Positions 38,105 through 46,131 of a stretch of 64,000 nucleotides of DNA are shown here, in pieces. Source of the stretch: a virus (taxonomy: Duplodnaviria > Caudoviricetes). The stretch is taken from positions 75,975 through 139,974 of IMG/VR virus record IMGVR_UViG_3300009037_000003, one strand, 5' to 3'. The translations under genes were made by a program, and so were the position numbers. The notes under the pieces were generated by a model. The model ran no database searches and was not told the DNA's origin. It saw only the letters and a program-made list of their open reading frames with translations. The first letter of the stretch is position 1, and each line of letters opens with the position of its first letter.

Positions 38105-38743
38105 TTACCCGCCACCTACCGATGAAATCTTCGTAAGAATGAGAGCGCTTTCTCCCATAAGCGATACTTCCACATCATCGTTTTCGCTACCGAAGTAAAG
38201 CTCAAGAGTACCCGTGTCGGAAACTACCATTAGGCCTTCGATGACCAATAACATATCTGAGTCTGCGGTATCGACACCAGATATTGGTCCGATGCCACTA
38301 CTGCTTTTTGCTCTTACTGAATAGCTGCTCATAACGTGTGCGTTATCGTCACCAGTAGCCGATTGATCGCCATATACGGTTGCTCCATCTGTACCATTGC
38401 ATACGAATCTGTAATTTGCCACAAACGATGAAACAGTTCCTGCGTAGTTAACCGATATTTTCATGCCGTTACCAGTATTTTCCGATCTGTATCTGATGTA
38501 ATAATTGAAAACCCAGGTTCCAGCTTCTAGCTCCTGATCGAAATCTTCTGCCTTAGCCATTTCAGATGTGGATGATTGTGCTGTCGATCCAAGAGATTTA
38601 ACAGTAACAAGCCCAGTGCCTATGAAGTTCGCCAATTGTGTGGCTGTAACCTTTTTTGATGTACCATCATCGTTTACTGCGAACTCATTATCTCCAGAAA
38701 CAGAGTCAGCAGCTGGTAATGCGCTAATTTTTGTATCAGCCAT
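38105..38743 (-). CDS. Short fiber-like virion protein
   Basis: N-terminal 'MADTKISALPAA...GTSKKVT' fiber attachment motif. Confidence 0.6.
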   Translation of the reverse strand: MADTKISALPAADSVSGDNEFAVNDDGTSKKVTATQLANFIGTGLVTVKSLGSTAQSSTSEMAKAEDFDQELEAGTWVFNYYIRYRSENTGNGMKISVNYAGTVSSFVANYRFVCNGTDGATVYGDQSATGDDNAHVMSSYSVRAKSSSGIGPISGVDTADSDMLLVIEGLMVVSDTGTLELYFGSENDDVEVSLMGESALILTKISSVGGG

Positions 38744-38755
38744 AAGTTTCTCCTT

Positions 38756-39292
38756 CTATCTCTGACTCTTTCTGTCAGTTGCAAATTGATCATAATACCA
38801 CGAAATCGTAGAAGATCCGCTGGTATCGGCAGCCCTGTAGGGTCCCAAAACTGCCTTGCCTACTCCTCCGTCGGTAGTAGCGCCAGATGCTAAAAGCGTC
38901 CACTTGAGTCTTTCGTACGCGGCACACGGGCCAAGTTCTAAGATATCTCTATAACCACGGAAACTAACACTAGTATCGATAGAGCTATCGCCGTCTCGGA
39001 CCTTAATCCCTTGGCCAAGAGCTTGCTTAAACTCACCTTGTGTAATGATACAAGCAGCTTTTAACGGAACCAAGGCCATAAAAATCTGATCGCTGCTAAC
39101 AACAGGATCTGGGGATATGGTTATTCCACCAATATTGTAAACGTATTCATACGCAAACGGTATCTCTGCGTCAACCATTATTCCAGCCACGACTAGAACC
39201 TGTTGGAGATATGCGTCCGAATATGTCTGAGGCGATGACATATCATTGATGATGAGTCGTACCATTAATGCTAAGTCAGTAGTCCATGCCAT
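38756..39292 (-). CDS. Head-tail adaptor protein
   Basis: 'VRLIIND...YSDAYL' helical adaptor signature; position. Confidence 0.6.
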   Translation of the reverse strand: MAWTTDLALMVRLIINDMSSPQTYSDAYLQQVLVVAGIMVDAEIPFAYEYVYNIGGITISPDPVVSSDQIFMALVPLKAACIITQGEFKQALGQGIKVRDGDSSIDTSVSFRGYRDILELGPCAAYERLKWTLLASGATTDGGVGKAVLGPYRAADTSGSSTISWYYDQFATDRKSQR

Positions 39293-39301
39293 TTATCGCT
39301 C

Positions 39302-40516
39302 CTAATTCTCAGGCACCCTGATGATGAACTCGCCATATTGCGATTCACCGATATCTGGTATCATTTCGTAGTAGTAGTGATACTTATCTCGTTCCGATGT
39401 AAACGGTAAATTATTCGTAGACCATCCCCATGCTCCGGTATCGCCTATAGAATAGCATTCGTTATCAGTAATTACCACCTCAGAATTTTGCCCATCGCCG
39501 ACATCCCACACTCTAATTGATACGGTTGTTGGTGATGTCTGAAAGTTACAAACCAATTCGGGATCATAGTCTCCGGTTTTGGTTAATCGATTGATACTTC
39601 GTAGAGATGTTGTCCCCGGGGATGGAGTTCCTACACCTCGAATATACAACGATCCTGACCCGGCACAACTATCAACTGGATCTCCGTCACTCCTAGAGAA
39701 AAATCTTACACAACGTATATCGTCGTAATCGTCTGCGAGAAGTTCCTGACTGCCGCCACCGATATCATCGCATAACAATTGACCCGCAGAGTTTGATGTC
39801 CAATACAATTTGTCATTCGTCGGATCGAAAGATACAAAATACGGACTATTTAAGCTTGACAGAACTGTTTCGACATTGCCAGTAATTAACCCCGATGCTT
39901 CTATCGAACCTCCGATGAGGTTAGACCAGTATATAGTATTACTATCGATATCCAAGTGCAAACCGGCAAATCGTCTTGTCGCATTTACCGCTACGCGGGT
40001 GTGTCCTGTTCCGTCATAATTCATTTTATGAATAGAGTAATCGGAATCGCCAGGATGCCCAGCGCCGACGGCCGTCGACCAGTAGACACACTCATTATCG
40101 ACATCGATAACTATATCCTCAATGCCGCCATATCCAATGGAATGGTAACCACTATACATTATCTCAATATTGCCACCGTCTAGGTCGCATTTGATAATAC
40201 GGTCATAGTACGAATCGCCAAACCATATTTTATCGTTAACGGTATCAACAGCTACGCCGCGAGTATTCATGTAGGTAGCTGTCTCTGGAATGTCGTCTGG
40301 CGATATTATCGTTTCCAGATTTGTGCCGTCTGGATCACATTTCTTTATGTTCCTAAAATCGTTGAAATAGATCTTATTCGCCGACGTATCCAGACAGAAT
40401 GCGTGCGGTGAGTATAGGTCAGAAACAACGACCGACGGACCTTCCAGGCTACTTCCTAGCTGGTTCAGTGTACCGCTACCGACACAAGAAAAATAAATTC
40501 CAGCGAAATCAGCCAA
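39302..40516 (-). CDS. YWTD-like beta-propeller protein with shared C-terminal domain
   Basis: KIYFND/KIWFGD/VYWST/IYWSN/LYWTS repeats; TTG start with AAGGGG SD. Confidence 0.7.
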   Translation of the reverse strand: MADFAGIYFSCVGSGTLNQLGSSLEGPSVVVSDLYSPHAFCLDTSANKIYFNDFRNIKKCDPDGTNLETIISPDDIPETATYMNTRGVAVDTVNDKIWFGDSYYDRIIKCDLDGGNIEIMYSGYHSIGYGGIEDIVIDVDNECVYWSTAVGAGHPGDSDYSIHKMNYDGTGHTRVAVNATRRFAGLHLDIDSNTIYWSNLIGGSIEASGLITGNVETVLSSLNSPYFVSFDPTNDKLYWTSNSAGQLLCDDIGGGSQELLADDYDDIRCVRFFSRSDGDPVDSCAGSGSLYIRGVGTPSPGTTSLRSINRLTKTGDYDPELVCNFQTSPTTVSIRVWDVGDGQNSEVVITDNECYSIGDTGAWGWSTNNLPFTSERDKYHYYYEMIPDIGESQYGEFIIRVPEN

Positions 40517-40528
40517 TCCGATTCCCCT

Positions 40529-40876
40529 TTATATCTGCTTTATATAAGTACCGGTTGCACTAAGTGATGGCATAAAACCGTCTTCACCTTCGTGGGATAT
40601 GAGGACAAAATCACCATTATCTGTATTTGACCCATCGGACATTCTCCAATGGAACTGCTGACGACTAGCAGTTAGAACTGGAATTCCACTAGTTGACCAG
40701 CTATATCTACCCGTTTCATCGATCTCATTGCATCCGCTGGCAGAAAGAACTATCGGAGTACCGTTTTCCCATAGTTCTATGTTGACTGTCTGCCCAGTGA
40801 CAAGTTCGCCAATAATAGCCGGTGGTGATTCTGGAAAAAAATCGAACTCTGCTATAGACTGACCGATCAATGCCAT
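40529..40876 (-). CDS. Stand-alone copy of the shared C-terminal domain
   Basis: 'TVNIELW...CNEIDETGRYSWSTSGIP...FHWRM....G.F'. Confidence 0.6.
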   Translation of the reverse strand: MALIGQSIAEFDFFPESPPAIIGELVTGQTVNIELWENGTPIVLSASGCNEIDETGRYSWSTSGIPVLTASRQQFHWRMSDGSNTDNGDFVLISHEGEDGFMPSLSATGTYIKQI

Positions 40877-41277
40877 TATCGTTCTCCTGTGTCGCAGATT
40901 AGACTGTTGAGTCTATCTATTATTTCTGGCTGTAGGAAATATTGTCTGAACTCATCGTTTGTGTATCTGATTCTAGCAGCAACGCCTCTCGCCCTCAACG
41001 GGAAATCCAGTGATTGCAACCTTTTTGTAACTGTCGACCCGTCAAGACCCAATATCTGACCTATCTGTGATGACGACAAACCGAGGTTATATAGAACCAC
41101 GAAAACACGATCTGGGAAACTTTTATTTGCTTCTGATCGACTTCTGATTTTAACGCCAAGTAATGTTAATATATTATATACAGTTGTTTCACTACACTGA
41201 GCTGTTTTAGATATTTCCTGACAGCTCAGCCCGCCATGGTAAAGTGCGCAAATTTCAGCATTCGATAAAATCACCAT
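40876..41277 (-). CDS. Tandem HTH DNA-binding protein
   Basis: Two 'LY..GLS..EI...' HTH repeats with 'GVKIRSRSEA'. Confidence 0.65.
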   Translation of the reverse strand: MVILSNAEICALYHGGLSCQEISKTAQCSETTVYNILTLLGVKIRSRSEANKSFPDRVFVVLYNLGLSSSQIGQILGLDGSTVTKRLQSLDFPLRARGVAARIRYTNDEFRQYFLQPEIIDRLNSLICDTGER

Positions 41278-41312
41278 ACAACTCCAGCCATAAAAGGAGT
41301 GTTCACAAGTTG

Positions 41313-41321
41313 ATTATACAC
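41313..41321 (-). promoter_or_regulatory. Putative phage late promoter GTGTATAAT
   Basis: Intergenic motif copy heading the neck operon. Confidence 0.6.
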
Positions 41322-41336
41322 CCAGGAGCAATAATA

Positions 41337-41957
41337 TCACAGAGATATGGTGTATCGATACTTCTGGCCTAGTCGGATCTTGATGAGATTCCTTTCGGTC
41401 GCTAGTTGCTTTTCTGTTTTATCGATACCGGGGATGCGGCGACAACACGACTTGTGTCTTAGTTCCATCTTCGCGGCGTCAAGGTAGGCATAACTTTCTT
41501 TAGTATGCCCGTCTTTACTCCATCCAGCCATCCTATACACTCCGCCATTATGACCGACGGAGCTATCGGCAAACGAAACTAACCTTTTGATTTGAGGATA
41601 GTGTTTCTTTATATAGTTACAGCTCTCGTTTATGAATTCGCACGAGAATGGCTTGACGACAAAGAAGGGGATACACAGTCTGACGAGTTCCCACGTGTCC
41701 GGCTTTATATGTTTGTTTGTGCCGTTTCCGAAAATACTAATACCGATGATGATACCACCCCTCTTGGCAACCAAGATTAACCTGTTAGGTGGTATACTGC
41801 CAAGATAGTGTTCGTACCTAATATGGTCTCTAACATCTCTCGCCGACGCTACCGATATGGTATAATTATTGGCGACTATTGTACCTTGCTGATCAAACAA
41901 CGCAAAATCGCTGTCTGTTAATCCACTCCGTTCGATAGCGAAATCAGGATAAGATCG
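41337..41957 (-). CDS. Mom-like (GNAT) DNA-modification domain; in frame with the upstream HNH ORF across a single TAG
   Basis: 'HYLG...IGISIFG...WELVRLC...SFADSSVGHNGGVYRMAGW'; frame is open from 41957, with no good SD at the TTG 41900. Confidence 0.65.
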   Translation of the reverse strand, partial: RSYPDFAIERSGLTDSDFALFDQQGTIVANNYTISVASARDVRDHIRYEHYLGSIPPNRLILVAKRGGIIIGISIFGNGTNKHIKPDTWELVRLCIPFFVVKPFSCEFINESCNYIKKHYPQIKRLVSFADSSVGHNGGVYRMAGWSKDGHTKESYAYLDAAKMELRHKSCCRRIPGIDKTEKQLATERNLIKIRLGQKYRYTISL

Positions 41958-42788
41958 CTATATTTTCCACCATGGGTGTCCTAAATGGAATCCGCCCTGT
42001 TCAATATTGGAATGCTCGTCTTCTGTCACCACAAGACAGTTATCTGCAGTATAGAACCTCTTATCGGCAGCGATTATCAAATTCCGATATCGATGTGGTA
42101 ATGGCAGATTTTTCGTCATCGCCGATTTGAGAATGACACGAAACGGGTATATGTGATGGCAATTAAGCGCTCCAGTCTTGCCGGAAATTTCACTCTTAAA
42201 GCCACATCTTTTAAGACCATCCTGCCGCCATTTCATATTCGCAGTACTTGCCCTCACGGCATTCTTCGCACTATTAATCCCACCTTTCCACGCGCCATTA
42301 TACCATAGGATATTTTTGCGTCGTGCTTTATTGATACCGATAAATCGTGATCTGACAAAACTATAGCTTTTGCCGTAATAGAAAGAAATCTTGCCGCACG
42401 ACCACTTTGCGGCATCGTATAGATGAATCAACTGCGAATCTGGAATATTATCGCTTTTATGATGCAGCCTGATCCCCGATTTCACCGATCTCGTACCGCG
42501 TCCAGATTTCTTTAATCGCATTTTGACAAAGTTATCGCTAGTACCTAGCCGCTTCGCCGTTTCTGCAATGCTAAGATTTTGGTTCCAATAGAGGTCGACG
42601 ACCTGTTCGTCTGTTATATCTGGAAGAGAATTCTTTATCGACGGTCTGATCTTTATGCCTATTTTCTTAAGATATCTATAAATTACAGAGTAACTTACAC
42701 CGAGAGCTTTGGCGCAGTCTGTTATCGTCATGCGACGGTTAACATATAAACCTAGCAGCTTGGCCTCGTCAACTGGTATCTGTTTCAT
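41958..42788 (-). CDS. HTH-repeat + HNH endonuclease-like protein
   Basis: Three HTH repeats, 'WKGG...WRQ...CHHI.PF...NCLVV..EH'; leaderless TATAAT-N5-ATG. Confidence 0.7.
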   Translation of the reverse strand: MKQIPVDEAKLLGLYVNRRMTITDCAKALGVSYSVIYRYLKKIGIKIRPSIKNSLPDITDEQVVDLYWNQNLSIAETAKRLGTSDNFVKMRLKKSGRGTRSVKSGIRLHHKSDNIPDSQLIHLYDAAKWSCGKISFYYGKSYSFVRSRFIGINKARRKNILWYNGAWKGGINSAKNAVRASTANMKWRQDGLKRCGFKSEISGKTGALNCHHIYPFRVILKSAMTKNLPLPHRYRNLIIAADKRFYTADNCLVVTEDEHSNIEQGGFHLGHPWWKI

Positions 42789-42824
42789 GCTACATTATAC
42801 TTTGTAGCCCATAACAATTTACAC

Positions 42825-42854
42825 AAAAAGAGACGCCGCCCGAAGGCGGCGCCT
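42825..42854 (-). terminator. Rho-independent terminator after MCP
   Basis: AGGCGCCGCC-TTCG-GGCGGCGTCT + CTTTTT. Confidence 0.85.
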
Positions 42855-42887
42855 GTACTTTTTCGACACATGGTCGATAAGCTATTT

Positions 42888-43913
42888 TTAGAAGCTACCG
42901 AGAAGAACTTTCATTCCATCGAGAGCGCCGAAGCCCAAATTTGACCACCCATAAAGTCCTGCTTTTTGTTTTCTGTGAAGAGTATCGTCTTCAAAGATTT
43001 CGAGAGGTACTTTCACCGGCATAACGAACGAATCCTGAGAGGTAAGATCTAGCCCGATAACAATCTCCTCGTCTCCGGTGCCCATAGAGGCGCCAAGAGT
43101 TGCGAAGTATGTCTGTAGCTCCTGACCGACACCGAGTTCGGTTAGTGGGTGAATGTTAACACCGTAGATCTGAGCCAGAGCGCCTTGCTGATCCTTGGCG
43201 ACAAAAATTTCCCGACGGGTAACATCGTCAACTTGATCTTTGTCCCATTCGCGAATATCTTCCAACGCCTCTAGGCTAACATAGAGGTCTGTCAGAACGC
43301 CCTGAGTAGAGCTAGCAGTATTACCGCCAGCCAACCGGGTCATGGTCGTTTTCATGAGAGAGATCAATTTCTTTGTGAACTGTCCAGCCGTAGCGGCAGA
43401 GTCATAAACCAATGGTGCTCCACCGTTGTAGTCTGTGCGACCAGCGCCAGCGGCGATAAGAACACGCCAGCCGTCGGTATTCATTTTCTTAATAAAACCA
43501 GCTTCTAGAACTTCCATTGCACGAGCAACGATGTTCCAGCGTGCTGTCCGAGAATAGCTGAGCGGCCAGTCGATGGCATTACCGATAGGGTAAGTACCGA
43601 TCGTTACTTCGTCACCACAAACAGTGCGTTGAGGCAATGCGCCTTCGCTCGGAATCATATACGCAACATAATCATTCGCCTGACCGGATTGATACAGGTC
43701 TAGCGGATAAGTTGGTGTTGCCGATGGATCTAGAACTTCCGGAGTAAAAATACCAGAAACGATATCACCGGCTAACAAAGCCGATCGTAGCGGTACTTGC
43801 AACCCCTGAGCTAGCGTATGCATTGCTGCTAGAGCGACTGATTTGTCGGACGACCCTGTTTGTCTGAGTAGTTCGATTTGTTCTTGCGTTGGTTGTACAA
43901 TCTTACGTTTCAT
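42888..43913 (-). CDS. Major capsid protein (HK97 fold)
   Basis: 341 aa; order portal-protease-decoration-MCP-terminator; C-terminal 'EIFEDDTLHR...GLYGW...GFG'; strong SD. Confidence 0.85.
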   Translation of the reverse strand: MKRKIVQPTQEQIELLRQTGSSDKSVALAAMHTLAQGLQVPLRSALLAGDIVSGIFTPEVLDPSATPTYPLDLYQSGQANDYVAYMIPSEGALPQRTVCGDEVTIGTYPIGNAIDWPLSYSRTARWNIVARAMEVLEAGFIKKMNTDGWRVLIAAGAGRTDYNGGAPLVYDSAATAGQFTKKLISLMKTTMTRLAGGNTASSTQGVLTDLYVSLEALEDIREWDKDQVDDVTRREIFVAKDQQGALAQIYGVNIHPLTELGVGQELQTYFATLGASMGTGDEEIVIGLDLTSQDSFVMPVKVPLEIFEDDTLHRKQKAGLYGWSNLGFGALDGMKVLLGSF

Positions 43914-43933
43914 ATACGGTTACACCCCCTTTA

Positions 43934-44410
43934 TTACTCGATATTGATACTTACTCTGGCAAAACCACTGGAGTCTTTGGCGGTCTCAAAGCGGCCAATC
44001 TTGGGAGCTTCATTCGCCTGAACCTTACTAATCATACCACTAGCTGCGAGATAGGCTGGATCGCCAGCAGTCGGAGCAGTACCAGTGATCATGTCAGTCA
44101 CAACCCACCCCTTAGTGACCAGTGTGCATTTATCGCCAGGACGAATTTCCTGAGCTTCGTAATTGACAAAATCTCTGGTTGCGCTGAGCTTTGCAGCTAC
44201 TGTCTGTAGCAGAACACCCTTTGCAATTGCGCCAGACGGATTGTCAACATAACCTACGACGTTCGGATCGTCGGTGATATTCACACCAAGCGACGCACCG
44301 CTATCTGCCGTAACGATACTAGCTACGCCGCCCTTCTCAGCGGCTACTGTGGTCCAAAAGTTTGTAATATCAGTCGTTTCGTTGTAATCTCTATCACCTT
44401 TTAGTGCCAT
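43934..44410 (-). CDS. Capsid decoration/cement protein
   Basis: 'KGWVVTD..G..P.AG..AYL..SG...IGRF.T.KD..G.A.V.I', immediately upstream of MCP. Confidence 0.7.
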   Translation of the reverse strand: MALKGDRDYNETTDITNFWTTVAAEKGGVASIVTADSGASLGVNITDDPNVVGYVDNPSGAIAKGVLLQTVAAKLSATRDFVNYEAQEIRPGDKCTLVTKGWVVTDMITGTAPTAGDPAYLAASGMISKVQANEAPKIGRFETAKDSSGFARVSINIE

Positions 44411-44430
44411 ATTAGACTTACCCCCATTAA

Positions 44431-44943
44431 TTAGTTACTATCTTGCTGCCCACGAAGGGCATTTGCCAAAGAAACCCACTTACTGATTGTATCTACCGGA
44501 TCAGCGCTAACACTGAAGTCGGCAACGTCATCTACTTCTGCGCTGGCCAATGCAGTATCGTCATCGACTTTGTCTTCAACGCTGGCAACACTGGTATCAG
44601 CATACTTCAGAACGATGGCGAAAGCTTCGTCTGTCATATCTCGCAGTTCAGCCAGAGTAGTTTCGCGGTCAACTACAGACTTTTTCGCAGATAGTTTGGC
44701 CAAACGTTCGTTAGCCACAACGTCCTTCTTCATGTTGACCAAAATGGCTTCGCTGTCAGTAGCTCTCTTAGTGGCCTCGGATATTGCATTCTGCAACTCC
44801 GTATTAGCAGCCTTAAGACTCTCCAGCTCTAGTGATTTCGTTTCGATTTCCTTTACCTTTTCGACAATCGTCGAATCAGCAGTTACCAGTTTGCTCTCTA
44901 GTTCTGCCAATTTGTTTTGTAGCTCTTGTAGCTCTTGCTCCAT
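44431..44943 (-). CDS. Nested in-frame scaffolding protein (internal start)
   Basis: AAAGGGGGTGTA SD (identical to the MCP SD) upstream of ATG 44943, at the start of the coiled coil MEQELQELQ. Confidence 0.6.
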   Translation of the reverse strand: MEQELQELQNKLAELESKLVTADSTIVEKVKEIETKSLELESLKAANTELQNAISEATKRATDSEAILVNMKKDVVANERLAKLSAKKSVVDRETTLAELRDMTDEAFAIVLKYADTSVASVEDKVDDDTALASAEVDDVADFSVSADPVDTISKWVSLANALRGQQDSN

Positions 44944-45747
44944 TTTCGCTACACCCCCTTTCGTAATTTCATCTAATGATGCATGTGCGAACATTTCATT
45001 TGCCGCCACTGCTACTTTAATAACAGATTCCGGGTTAGCCGGATTGGCCACAAATCCCTGTGCTCCGAAAATAATATTCTTTAGGACTCTTCCTATTTTA
45101 TAGTTCTCATATACGCCAGAGCCACCGTAAACGCGTAAATGTTTGGTTAAAAACGCAGTAGAATTATTTCTTTCGATTAGCTTGGTTGTGCCAGTGGCTG
45201 GATCTAAAATTCCATACCCGAAATCGGAAAAGAAACATTCCATAGATACGAACATTTTTCCAGCCTGTGCCTGTGATAGTATTTCGGCTATACGATCTTT
45301 GAATTGAGGAAATGCCTTATATAGGACGCCTGCTACTTCAAGATCAAACTCTTGTGGCAGCTGTCTGTCGTCGGACACAATTACTTCATCACCGTTCTTA
45401 TCTACCGGTCGACACTTGACGATATGTCCTAGGATGCGATCGCCTTGATGGTTATCATTCATAGGTTTGTGTAACGGTGTCGTTCTAGCTTGCCAAACCT
45501 CATCAGGAACAAAAATATCGTCGTTTCGATTCCATCCCGTACTAACAAGAATAGCAACGATTAATGCCAGATCCGGATAAGCTTCTCCTAGCAAATCTTC
45601 GACTGTATTAACCATTTGCTTGTCTATAGAAGCGTTGGCGATATCCAGTGCGTATTTGGTAGTATCACCGAGACACGCCTTAACTGTCAGATAGGCGGAA
45701 TCCAGCAATTTAACATCTGCAAGTTTTTCTGCATCGTATATAATCAC
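44431..45747 (-). CDS. Prohead maturation protease fused to a scaffold domain
   Basis: 'NRNDD.F...KPMN.NH...GH...VSMEC...F.A.G.V.NPAN' then a coiled coil; GTG start with GGAGG SD. Confidence 0.8.
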   Translation of the reverse strand: MIIYDAEKLADVKLLDSAYLTVKACLGDTTKYALDIANASIDKQMVNTVEDLLGEAYPDLALIVAILVSTGWNRNDDIFVPDEVWQARTTPLHKPMNDNHQGDRILGHIVKCRPVDKNGDEVIVSDDRQLPQEFDLEVAGVLYKAFPQFKDRIAEILSQAQAGKMFVSMECFFSDFGYGILDPATGTTKLIERNNSTAFLTKHLRVYGGSGVYENYKIGRVLKNIIFGAQGFVANPANPESVIKVAVAANEMFAHASLDEITKGGVAKMEQELQELQNKLAELESKLVTADSTIVEKVKEIETKSLELESLKAANTELQNAISEATKRATDSEAILVNMKKDVVANERLAKLSAKKSVVDRETTLAELRDMTDEAFAIVLKYADTSVASVEDKVDDDTALASAEVDDVADFSVSADPVDTISKWVSLANALRGQQDSN

Positions 45748-45763
45748 TAGAACCTCCAGTTAT

Positions 45764-45774
45764 TATTTATACAC
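45764..45774 (-). promoter_or_regulatory. Late promoter GTGTATAAATA
   Basis: Contains the T4-like late element TATAAATA; heads the protease-MCP operon. Confidence 0.6.
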
Positions 45775-45805
45775 AAAGAATTTCTAATTACGTCTATAAT
45801 AAAGA

Positions 45806-46120
45806 CTATTCATTACCTCGTTGATGTCGTTGTTCCCAATAATCTATTGTGTCGGCCATTGCTTTATCTTTGTCGAGAACTGTTTCTACGACGAAAGCTT
45901 TAGACGCATCGGATGTCGGAGACTTCATGACGTAACGTCTTGTCTCACGCAGACCCTGAGTATTGGTAGTAGTTTGTTCAAAACAAAAGGTAAATCCTGG
46001 ATATACGGTCTGTGGGCCAGAATAATCGACAATGCAAATAGTGAACTCTATCGGCATGCCGTCAACCTTTAAGACCGGCTTACTATCGTTAGTATCAAAT
46101 TCAATAACAACTTTCGACAT
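45806..46120 (-). CDS. Hypothetical protein
   Basis: AGGAG SD before ATG 46120. Confidence 0.55.
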   Translation of the reverse strand: MSKVVIEFDTNDSKPVLKVDGMPIEFTICIVDYSGPQTVYPGFTFCFEQTTTNTQGLRETRRYVMKSPTSDASKAFVVETVLDKDKAMADTIDYWEQRHQRGNE

Positions 46121-46131
46121 ATGGCTATCTC

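Noticed and set aside
6196-40516. Diversity-generating retroelement or contractile tail sheath
   Set aside because: No reverse transcriptase, no TR/VR pair noticed by eye and no sheath-like gene. An exhaustive self-alignment was not possible.
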